64,000 nt of DNA from Eubacteriales bacterium (GTDB lineage Bacteria > Bacillota > Clostridia > Oscillospirales > CAG-272): the NCBI GenBank assembly GCA_045602325.1, contig JAZSBH010000132.1, forward strand, positions 20,909-84,908. The letters run 5' to 3'. The first letter of the stretch is position 1. Every line of letters starts with the position of its first letter. The position numbers and the translations under genes are program-made. Below, one piece after another: positions 37,343 to 44,872 of the stretch. A model generated the notes under the pieces. It did not search any database, was not told the origin of the DNA, and worked only from the letters and a program-made list of their open reading frames with translations.

Positions 37343-38918
37343 AAAACGAGTTGTCCGGGATTGCGCAAGGACAGTTTTTCCTTCTGCTGTATTTAACGTA
37401 TTGGATGCGGTCATTGGAGCATTGCTGACCGTGTATATTTCAAGCATTCTGGCCAAGTTTGCCGATGCCATATTTGCAATGGATATAACTTACGGCATGG
37501 AGAATTTCGGGATACTGATCATATGCGTTCTTATCTCGCTGTTTGTTATGCCCTTGTTTGGTACCGTAAAGGAAATTCTTCTCTTTGACAATTCTTTAAA
37601 GCATGACCGCATGATCTACGGAAGATATCTGAATAAAAGATTCAAAGAGGCTCGGCAATTTTCTGAAGGAGAAGTTCAATATCGGCTTGAACAGGATGCT
37701 ATAGACGTGCGTTGTATGTGGCTCGATTTGGTTACGAAAAGCATAGCCACGCCGATCATGCTCGGATATTTGCTCTATCATTCTATACGGATCAGTCTGC
37801 TGTATACGGTCATAATTTTTCTCGTTTCAGCGCTGAAATTGGTTATACCGGTCGTAACAAAAAAGCTGAACACTAAATACGATAAAGAAGTCCGAGAGTA
37901 TCAGACGCAAGTGCGATCCTACGAATTTGAAGTGCTGGATCAACCACATAAAGTAAAAATGTACGGGCTGACATCACCGCTACTGCAAAGATTCGACCAA
38001 ATTTATTTGCGCTTTTTCCGTGATACATTGAGAAAAAGCATTCGACTGTCCTCCATAACATCAAATCTATCCGGCACGCTTGATACATTTTGCACGATCA
38101 TCATTCTATTGTCCGGAGCCATCCTGGTTGCCAAAGGCGAAATGACAGCGGGAGGTATCGCAGCCGCGTTCGGATTCCTTTCGATTTTCAATACGTTGTT
38201 TGAAAATATTTCTTCCTTTATTCGTGATTATCCCGTTTTCGGAACGCTGGTTGACCGATTGACCATCTTTTATACTCACGAAGAAAAATCTTCCGGCGCA
38301 CAAGTGTCTTCCCTAAATGAAATATCTGTCAGCGACCTTTCTTTTTCCTATGATGAAAAATCTGTATTTCAAAATGTGAATTTTACGATACACCAAGGAG
38401 ATAAGGTTGCGATATGTGGCCAAAACGGAAGCGGCAAATCGACTTTGATCAAGCTGCTATGCGGAGTTTTAAAAGATTATTCCGGGCAAATTAAGATTGA
38501 CGGGCAAGAATTGTCGGAATTATCTGCTCTTAACTGGTACGATTGCATTGCCTATACCGAACAGGATCCATACCTGTTCCCGATGAGTATAAAAGAGAAC
38601 ATTCGCATTGGAAATCTTAACGCATCTGATGAGGAGCTTGATGAAGCCATTCGAAAACTTGAACTAGAATATCTCATCGACCGCGATATTCATTCGGAAA
38701 AACAGCAGTTGTCAGGAGGAGAAAAACAGAAGATTTCCATAGCGCGAGCATTGCTGAAAAATACGCCCATCATCATAATGGATGAGCCAAGCAACAATTT
38801 AGATACGGGGGCTTTGGCGTGGCTTGGTGATTTTATCCGCCATTCGTCTAAGACGATTGTTTTCGTGTCCCACGATTCGGATCTGATATCTTGTGCTGAT
38901 TATACGGTTTGTTTGTAA
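37326..38918 (+). CDS. ABC exporter, fused permease-ATPase subunit 2
   Basis: Walker A GQNGSGKST, signature LSGGEKQK, Walker B IIIMDEPS. ATG 37326 follows AAGGAG and overlaps subunit 1 by 17 nt. Confidence 0.85.
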   Translation: MMNTYKKRVVRDCARTVFPSAVFNVLDAVIGALLTVYISSILAKFADAIFAMDITYGMENFGILIICVLISLFVMPLFGTVKEILLFDNSLKHDRMIYGRYLNKRFKEARQFSEGEVQYRLEQDAIDVRCMWLDLVTKSIATPIMLGYLLYHSIRISLLYTVIIFLVSALKLVIPVVTKKLNTKYDKEVREYQTQVRSYEFEVLDQPHKVKMYGLTSPLLQRFDQIYLRFFRDTLRKSIRLSSITSNLSGTLDTFCTIIILLSGAILVAKGEMTAGGIAAAFGFLSIFNTLFENISSFIRDYPVFGTLVDRLTIFYTHEEKSSGAQVSSLNEISVSDLSFSYDEKSVFQNVNFTIHQGDKVAICGQNGSGKSTLIKLLCGVLKDYSGQIKIDGQELSELSALNWYDCIAYTEQDPYLFPMSIKENIRIGNLNASDEELDEAIRKLELEYLIDRDIHSEKQQLSGGEKQKISIARALLKNTPIIIMDEPSNNLDTGALAWLGDFIRHSSKTIVFVSHDSDLISCADYTVCL

Positions 38919-38958
38919 CTCATTATGATTAGGCATATGTGTATGAGTTGCAACGAAT

Positions 38959-39141
38959 CCCCCGATTTTTCACCTTTCGTCCTGGTCTAGTGTAGCATAG
39001 CTCTCGCAGCTGTCAACGTGAAAAATTATCGCTGAAAAATGAAATAAGATACAGAATAGCCAGGTAGCAATACCTGGTTTTTCTATATCCATAAGCAATA
39101 TTTTTTCGTGTACTGGCAAGGGACTATACCTCTCGTTGACA
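38959..39141 (+). repeat. junction repeat, copy C (full length, with intact hairpin)
   Basis: Aligns with copy A over ~180 nt. Contains a perfect hairpin ccaggta-gcaa-tacctgg followed by TTTTT, probably the terminator of the ABC operon, and ends at a TTGACA. Confidence 0.8.
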
Positions 39142-39236
39142 TCTGCACACTTCACTCGCAAGGATCTCGATTTCCTCCCGACCTATGCTCCCCCGACCCT
39201 GCCGAAAGGCGAAATAAAAATCGGGAGGTATAGAAA

Positions 39237-39875
39237 ATGAAAACCCAAACCAAAGAAAGAATCACCAACGAAAACGTAAGGATCACCGAGAACAATGTCC
39301 AGCATATCGGTGAGTGCATCGCGCTATCTGCCATCAAGAAAATGATGCGTTTCGCACACCATCCACGTTCTCTTGACAAGCTGTATGCCGGATTGGTCGA
39401 GGATATCTACCACAGCAAAGGCTACAACACGACCTTCTCGGATGGCTATGATCTCGCATCCGAAGTGATATGCTTCCTCTGTCATTACATTGGTCATAAC
39501 TTGGATGATTTGGCTTGTCAAAATCGTAAAGGTGAGCTACTTACTGTCCGCTTTGCCTGCTACCGTTACGCCCTGCGGTACATCGAGAAGGAATATCTGT
39601 CCGCGTTCAAGACCATCAGTATCGAAGAATGCTCGCAGGCCGATGCTTCCATTGACTTCGAGACCCAGTATGAGATTGAGGACTATACCAAGGTCGATAC
39701 GATCATCCATCAAATGCGGTTGACCATTGCAGAAAAAGAGACTTTGAACTACTACATGGCGGGACTCGGATTCGTGGCGATCGCGCAGATGCAGAATGTC
39801 AATAACACGACTGTCTGGCGCAGAAGAAAGAGCATTCAGAAGAAGTATCTGCGATATGTGGTCATGCAAGGCTGA
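39237..39875 (+). CDS. sigma-70 region-4-like HTH protein of mobile elements
   Basis: The C-terminal LTIAEKETLNYYMAGLGFVAIAQMQNVNNTTVWRRRKSIQKKY resembles a sigma region 4 / LuxR-like HTH. GGGAGG RBS. Confidence 0.5.
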   Translation: MKTQTKERITNENVRITENNVQHIGECIALSAIKKMMRFAHHPRSLDKLYAGLVEDIYHSKGYNTTFSDGYDLASEVICFLCHYIGHNLDDLACQNRKGELLTVRFACYRYALRYIEKEYLSAFKTISIEECSQADASIDFETQYEIEDYTKVDTIIHQMRLTIAEKETLNYYMAGLGFVAIAQMQNVNNTTVWRRRKSIQKKYLRYVVMQG

Positions 39876-39896
39876 CTACTCTTACCATAATAATAA

Positions 39897-39930
39897 CGCC
39901 GAGAGTAACCGTAATTGGTCGTTCCCGGCG
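39897..39930 (+). repeat. conserved-loop hairpin H1
   Basis: Stem cgccgaga / tcccggcg around an exact 17-nt core, gtaaccgtaattggtcg, repeated in H2. No T-run follows. Confidence 0.7.
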
Positions 39931-39937
39931 ACAACTG

Positions 39938-39962
39938 ATAGTTGACAATATTTATCAACTAT
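39938..39962. promoter_or_regulatory. palindromic operator candidate
   Basis: ATAGTTGA-N9-TCAACTAT (10 of 12 arm positions pair), immediately upstream of the promoter at 39966. Confidence 0.5.
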
Positions 39963-39965
39963 CTC

Positions 39966-39994
39966 TTTACATTTGGGCTGTTCTGTGATATAAT
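39966..39994 (+). promoter_or_regulatory. promoter of XRE gene 40038
   Basis: TTTACA - 17 nt - TATAAT with TG extended -10. Confidence 0.6.
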
Positions 39995-40037
39995 AAAAAC
40001 AGTTCCGGAGCAATTTACCTTTTGGAGGGAAATTTAC

Positions 40038-40649
40038 ATGGCAAATCTAAAGATAGGTGAAAAAATCAAAGTAAAAAGGCGCGAGCGTGAACTAACACAA
40101 GAGGAGCTTGCCAGTATGCTCGGTGTAAGCAAAGCAGCAGTCAGCAAGTGGGAAAATGAAGAAAGCTACCCCGATATAACCATGCTTCCACAAATAGCGA
40201 AACTATTCCATATAACGATGGATGAACTTTTCGACTATACTTTGGAGTACAAACCGTTAGTTATCGTGAATGAATATCATTTTGGGCTGTCTCTTGACAC
40301 TGTCGATAAGCGTGTTTTGGATCACGGAACCGTGAAATCTTGCGGTGTATATAAAACCGAACGTCTGGTTGGTGAGAATATCGAATCCACATGGGAAACG
40401 CGGGTTGAATTTATCTCCACGGAAGAGAATTTTCCGTATATACTTCAGCAATATATAAAACCCGGTCATCTGACAGATGGATACAGTATGAGACTCGCGG
40501 ACGGCAAGATAATCGACGATGACAAACCAAACAAGCATTTTGTTTGTAAGGAGAAAGTGTGGGAGTACAGAACAACCGATCGCAAATATTTGCGTCAAAT
40601 GCTGAAAGAACTGCGCGAAATGGGATTTTCGGATGAAGATGATGTGTAA
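40038..40649 (+). CDS. XRE-family HTH protein with unknown C-terminal domain
   Basis: LTQEELASMLGVSKAAVSKWENEESYPDITMLPQIAKLF. ATG 40038 follows GGAGGGA. The ORF-track start 39942 would lie upstream of the promoter. Confidence 0.75.
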   Translation: MANLKIGEKIKVKRRERELTQEELASMLGVSKAAVSKWENEESYPDITMLPQIAKLFHITMDELFDYTLEYKPLVIVNEYHFGLSLDTVDKRVLDHGTVKSCGVYKTERLVGENIESTWETRVEFISTEENFPYILQQYIKPGHLTDGYSMRLADGKIIDDDKPNKHFVCKEKVWEYRTTDRKYLRQMLKELREMGFSDEDDV

Positions 40650-40715
40650 ATCAACTTCATAATTAGCCGCTGTCGGCTTTCTAGAAAAATACTTCATACC
40701 ATATCAAAAAGAATG

Positions 40716-40751
40716 CCGCCGAAGGTAACCGTAATTGGTCGCCCTCGGCGG
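40716..40751 (+). repeat. conserved-loop hairpin H2
   Basis: Stem ccgccgaagg / ccctcggcgg around the same 17-nt core gtaaccgtaattggtcg (40725-40741). Confidence 0.7.
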
Positions 40752-40786
40752 TGATTGTTTAACATGAGTAGTAACAAAGCTACGCT

Positions 40787-41314
40787 TTATGCAATTGAAT
40801 ACTTCTTGGCATATTCAAGAACAACGTTTCGAAAATGTTCATGCTTAAAGTTATGCCTGATATCCGTAATGTCTACATACATCCCCTGCATTAAACTCTG
40901 AATAATTGTTTCTGCCAAAAAAGCCTCAAAAACATAGTCATCCGTAAACGCTTGCTCAATATCAGTATTCATTCCGTTGTTAATACCTTCAATAGCATAA
41001 CGATAGATTAAACTCTCCCGTCCCAATTTCTGCTCCATAATCTTCAAACAATTAAGGCCGTCAATAAGATCGGATATCTTGACTTTCCCCTTAAAAGATA
41101 GGGTGGACTCCCCACAGCGCAAAATATAATCAATAGTTGTTTCAAAAACATCGGCAAGTGTCGGTAAAATTGATATATCAGGCAAAGTTTCGCCCCGTTC
41201 CCATTTACTAACTGCTTGGAAAGTAACGCCGAGCCGATCACCTAGATCGGCTTGCGTCATGTTTTTACTGGTACGTAGCATGGCAATAGTAGCCCCGATT
41301 TTCTTACTGTCCAT
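40787..41314 (-). CDS. XRE-family HTH protein with helical C-terminal domain
   Basis: MTQADLGDRLGVTFQAVSKWERGETLPDISILPTLADVF. The only minus-strand gene in the island. Confidence 0.75.
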   Translation of the reverse strand: MDSKKIGATIAMLRTSKNMTQADLGDRLGVTFQAVSKWERGETLPDISILPTLADVFETTIDYILRCGESTLSFKGKVKISDLIDGLNCLKIMEQKLGRESLIYRYAIEGINNGMNTDIEQAFTDDYVFEAFLAETIIQSLMQGMYVDITDIRHNFKHEHFRNVVLEYAKKYSIA

Positions 41315-41488
41315 AGTTCATCTGCTCCTTTATAGAATATGTAAAGCCGGCTTCCAAAGATATTATAGCAGAATACCACGGATAAATCAATAACCCGTAA
41401 AGTTAGTTTTCAACACTCAAACTCAACGTGATAGGTTTTTGTAAATTGTCCACGAAAAAGCTCTTTTTTCCCCCTTTGGCACCCTAAC

Positions 41489-41639
41489 GTGTGCTTGTCT
41501 TATACAAGTCGGCTCGCTGCGCTCGCCGAGACAAGCACACGCCCGCGCCGTAAACAAACGAAAAAGAAAAATCCAAAGCCGAGCGGTCGCGGAGTCGCCC
41601 GCTGAGCCGCTTGGGCGTACGTCCGCGATCACGCTCGGC
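41489..41639. other. GC-rich block with two long hairpins (candidate origin of transfer/replication)
   Basis: Hairpin 41489-41540 has perfect 12-bp arms (gtgtgcttgtct / agacaagcacac). Hairpin 41578-41639 has ~16-bp imperfect arms (gccgagcggtcgcgga / tccgcgatcacgctcggc). The surrounding DNA is AT-rich. Confidence 0.4.
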
Positions 41640-41820
41640 GGCTTATTGGATAGATTTCGTTTTTGGACGTTTGTTGGAGCATCGCTTGGTCAGATCGTCA
41701 GCCTTCGCATCAGCTCTGTCAGTCTCCGAGTGAGATTTGTCCAGTAGATTATCAAAATCCGCCAGTTCCGTAAGTTGACATTAAGATTTCGGTGTGCTAT
41801 CCTGTTTATGCACCATGGAT

Positions 41821-41864
41821 GCTTGGGAAAAGTTGGGGTAAACTTGGGGTAAAGTTTTGGTTTT
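41821..41864 (+). repeat. tandem 11-bp iteron-like repeats
   Basis: gcttgggaaaa gttggggtaaa cttggggtaaa gttttggtttt: two exact and two degenerate units with one-helical-turn spacing. Confidence 0.6.
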
Positions 41865-41899
41865 TACTAAAAGATGTGGAAAAATATAGGTTTAGTTGC

Positions 41900-41928
41900 T
41901 TGTTTTTTCCTTGCATTTATGGTACAAT
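41900..41928 (+). promoter_or_regulatory. promoter upstream of the rep module
   Basis: TTGTTT - 17 nt - TACAAT with TG extended -10. Confidence 0.5.
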
Positions 41929-42066
41929 AGCACCGCATTTCACAGAAAAAGGAATAGTCACAGTATAGTTAGTTCGTATGCAAAGTGTCAAGCCAAGAAT
42001 GATGATGCCTAATTGAAAAGGCCGAGCCTGTGTTCCGAGGGCGAAATCGGAAGGTTGCACTTAAAG

Positions 42067-42109
42067 GCGTAATACGTTTTCATGACAGAAAAGCGTATTG
42101 CGCTTTTTT
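42067..42109 (+). terminator. intrinsic terminator / attenuator inside the rep leader
   Basis: ~14-bp stem (gcgtaatacgtttt / aaaagcgtattgcgc, one bulge) followed by TTTTTT, 40 nt before the small ORF. Confidence 0.65.
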
Positions 42110-42151
42110 GTGCCTTTTTCTCTGGAAAATACGAATTAAGGAGAAAAAAGA

Positions 42152-42304
42152 TTGAAAAAAAGAGAGGTCAACATCATCACAAACGGCGGCTTTGAGGTCA
42201 AGCAACTGAGCGCATCGGAACGAGAGGCATTCATGTCGGCTCTACTGGAGCGCATCTTGGAGCTTCGGCGCAAGCGAAAGGAGGCAGACGGTCATGCCAC
42301 ATGA
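42152..42304 (+). CDS. small basic/acidic helical protein encoded just upstream of rep (50 aa)
   Basis: TTG start 7 nt after AAGGAGAAAAAAG. Its 3' end overlaps the rep start by 11 nt. Too short for the ORF track. Confidence 0.4.
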   Translation: MKKREVNIITNGGFEVKQLSASEREAFMSALLERILELRRKRKEADGHAT

Positions 42305-43169
42305 GAAAGCAAAAATCTACTTCGATGGCAGCCACTACATCGCCATCCCACAAAACGAGGGCAAGAGTCCCGGGAAGGGCGGCTTCCACGGCAACGAAAA
42401 TGACGAAATGAGAACGGCTTTTGAAAAGGCATACAAGGGCGCAAAGGCCAAACGGCGAAAGGAAAAGGTAACGGAAATCGTAGCGGAATTGAAACCGAAA
42501 TTTGAGAGTGAGGAACAGGCGACCGAATATGTCAAGGCCGAGATGGAACGAATCCAACGGAATCTGATCGTGAGGCGGAAGAGGCTGGTGAGGAAAATCA
42601 ACCTTGGAAATTGGAATTACTTTTGTACGTTCACCTACGACGATCAGAAGCATACAGAGGTATCATTCAAAGCGAAACTGCGAGATTGCTTTAAGAAGAT
42701 GTGCCATCGTAGGAATTGGATCTATATCGGCGTATGGGAACGATCACCGAACAGCAATCGGCTACACTTTCACGGGTTATTCAACATCCCCGAAAACGCA
42801 ATGGTCGGCGAGCTGATGGAACATCGGGATTACAGCACCAAGAACCACAGGATGCAGACAACATTGCAGAATAGTTACTTCACGGAGCGCTTCGGCAGAA
42901 ACGATTTCGAGCCAATCAATAAGCAGGAGCTACCCAACGCCACAGCCTACCTGATGAAGTACATCGAGAAATCGGGCGAGAGAATCGTTTACTCCAAGAA
43001 CACACCGGCATATTTCATATCCGACATTCTGGACGATGATGTGGTATGTACCATCGGGCAAGAGGACAGAAAGCTCTTGCTATTCGATAATTTCATCTGT
43101 TTTGATGACGGAGTGTACGTTGGAGAAGTCAGCCCCGAGGTCATCAAGCAAATGCCAAAAAAGAATTAA
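42294..43169 (+). CDS. HUH-superfamily rolling-circle replication initiator-like protein (possible relaxase)
   Basis: Ordered motifs FCTFTY (motif I-like), RLHFHGLF (HUH) and AYLMKYIEK (Y-x-x-x-Y), as in phiX174 gpA / phage-plasmid Rep proteins. Confidence 0.7.
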   Translation: MPHEKAKIYFDGSHYIAIPQNEGKSPGKGGFHGNENDEMRTAFEKAYKGAKAKRRKEKVTEIVAELKPKFESEEQATEYVKAEMERIQRNLIVRRKRLVRKINLGNWNYFCTFTYDDQKHTEVSFKAKLRDCFKKMCHRRNWIYIGVWERSPNSNRLHFHGLFNIPENAMVGELMEHRDYSTKNHRMQTTLQNSYFTERFGRNDFEPINKQELPNATAYLMKYIEKSGERIVYSKNTPAYFISDILDDDVVCTIGQEDRKLLLFDNFICFDDGVYVGEVSPEVIKQMPKKN

Positions 43170-43177
43170 CAAATTAG

Positions 43178-43334
43178 TCTTTCGCCTCTGTGGAGCGTAA
43201 ACGAAACCGCCGTCGAGGTCAAGGGGTCAAAAATATCGCTGAAAATCAGGAACCGACCGACATGAATGCAATATTTTCGCCTGTTTCCCTTGACCTCTTT
43301 GGGCGGTTCCGTTTGGTTCGCTCCCGTCGAAAGA
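43178..43334. repeat. long imperfect inverted repeat between rep and the recombinase gene
   Basis: The left arm (tctttcgcctctgtggagcgtaaacgaaaccgccgtcgaggtcaagggg) and right arm (cccttgacctctttgggcggttccgtttggttcgctcccgtcgaaaga) are partly complementary, with a ~60-nt spacer. Confidence 0.55.
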
Positions 43335-43369
43335 CAAATCTAAAGACAAATCAGAAAGGAAAAAAGAGA

Positions 43370-44872
43370 ATGAAAACAGCAGTTATTTATGCAAGATATT
43401 CTTGCGATGCTCAAACCGAGCAGTCGATTGAAGGTCAGCTTCGTGTGTGTGAGGACTATGCCAAGATGCACGATATTCTGATCCTGGATACCTACATCGA
43501 CAGAGCCATGTCGGGAACCAACGATATGCGTCCCGATTTCCAGCGCATGATCCGGGATAGCGCAAAACGCCAATGGAGTTACGTACTCGTCTACAAGCTT
43601 GACAGGTTTTCTCGTAACAAGTATGAGGCAACAATCCACAAGAATACATTGAAAAACAACGGTGTGAAGGTGGTATCAGCTATGGAGAATATCCCCGATT
43701 CGCCCGAGGGTATTATCCTTGAATCGCTCTTGGAGGGTATGAATCAGTATTACTCCGCCGAGCTTGCTCAAAAAGTTCGCAGAGGCATGAGAGAGACCCG
43801 CCTGAAGGGAAACTACCAGGGCGGTATATTGCCTTACGGTTATAGGGCGGCTGACCGTAAAGTCGTGATCGACGAAGAAAAAGCCGAAATCGTGCGATTC
43901 ATGTTCGATCAGTACGCTAAGGGCGTTACCGTTAAAGAGATCATCGCGACGCTTACGGCGCATGGAATTCTGTATAAAGGCAGACAATTCCCGATGAACA
44001 CCGTATATGGCATCCTCAGAAACGAAAAGTATTCGGGGACTTATATGCACGGTGACGAGGTGGTGGACAAGATCTATCCGCCTATCGTAGAGCCGGAGAT
44101 CTTCGCCAAAGTCCGAGCCAAGGTAACCGACAACAAGATTGGAAAGCACAGTAACGCGGTGGTCTACCTACTCCGTCATAAGATGAAGTGCGGCTACTGC
44201 GGTGAGAATATGATCGGTGAGTGCGGCACATCCAAGCAGGGCGAGCGTACCTATTACTACAAATGCCACGGAAGAAAAAACTTGCGGAACGGATGCAAGC
44301 AACAACCGTACCGCAAGGAAATTCTGGAAAAGTTTGTGCTGGACAGCATCATCGCCGAACTGAAAAAGCCTGGGCAAATGGACTATATCGTTCAAGGCCT
44401 TTTGGCTCTACAGGAATCCCAGATCAAAGCCAACTCCACATTGAGTATCCTTGAACGAGAGAAGAAGCAAAACGAAAGCGCGATGGAGAACATCATGACC
44501 GCCGTCGAGCGTGGCTTCTATACCGCCGCCGCAAACAAGCGTATGAAGGAGCTTGAAGATAGACAAGCCGAGCTGGAACGCCTGATCATTATCGAGCGTA
44601 GCAAGATGCAGGTCAAGGTGAGTGAGAAGGAAATCCGCGCCTACTATGAGGCAGCCTTGTTACAAGAGCCCAAGATGCTCATAAACTTCATTATACGCGA
44701 GATCACCGTGTTCGACGACGAAATACACATCTACTTCAATCACCCTTTACAGACGGGTCCTGACGCAAGTCAGGGCCTTTCTGTTTGCGACAGGGAAACA
44801 ACGATACCCGTGCACATTCAGAACTCGTATGAGCTGAGACGGAAGAACGTAAGGCTGACGATCACCATCTGA
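43370..44872 (+). CDS. large serine recombinase
   Basis: N-terminal resolvase domain AVIYARYSCDAQTEQSIEGQ with the catalytic Ser context, a recombinase domain, a zinc ribbon C-GY-C ... C-HG ... C, and a C-terminal coiled coil. ATG 43370 preferred over 43190. Confidence 0.85.
   Translation: MKTAVIYARYSCDAQTEQSIEGQLRVCEDYAKMHDILILDTYIDRAMSGTNDMRPDFQRMIRDSAKRQWSYVLVYKLDRFSRNKYEATIHKNTLKNNGVKVVSAMENIPDSPEGIILESLLEGMNQYYSAELAQKVRRGMRETRLKGNYQGGILPYGYRAADRKVVIDEEKAEIVRFMFDQYAKGVTVKEIIATLTAHGILYKGRQFPMNTVYGILRNEKYSGTYMHGDEVVDKIYPPIVEPEIFAKVRAKVTDNKIGKHSNAVVYLLRHKMKCGYCGENMIGECGTSKQGERTYYYKCHGRKNLRNGCKQQPYRKEILEKFVLDSIIAELKKPGQMDYIVQGLLALQESQIKANSTLSILEREKKQNESAMENIMTAVERGFYTAAANKRMKELEDRQAELERLIIIERSKMQVKVSEKEIRAYYEAALLQEPKMLINFIIREITVFDDEIHIYFNHPLQTGPDASQGLSVCDRETTIPVHIQNSYELRRKNVRLTITI

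Noticed and set aside
41423-41632. 69-aa minus-strand ORF in the element's non-coding gap
   Set aside because: It coincides exactly with the GC-rich hairpin block. Its Arg/Ala/Cys-rich translation looks like a by-product of the palindromes, and it has no RBS.
43190-43369. N-terminal extensions offered by the ORF track, here for the recombinase; similar cases are 5561-5701, 18216-18248, 20229-20309, 27859-28002, 39942-40037, 45082-45198, 47445-47684, 49111-49164 and 55243-55284
   Set aside because: Each extension overlaps an upstream gene, a mapped promoter or a structured region. Each also lacks an RBS, whereas an internal start has a good RBS and matches homolog N-termini.
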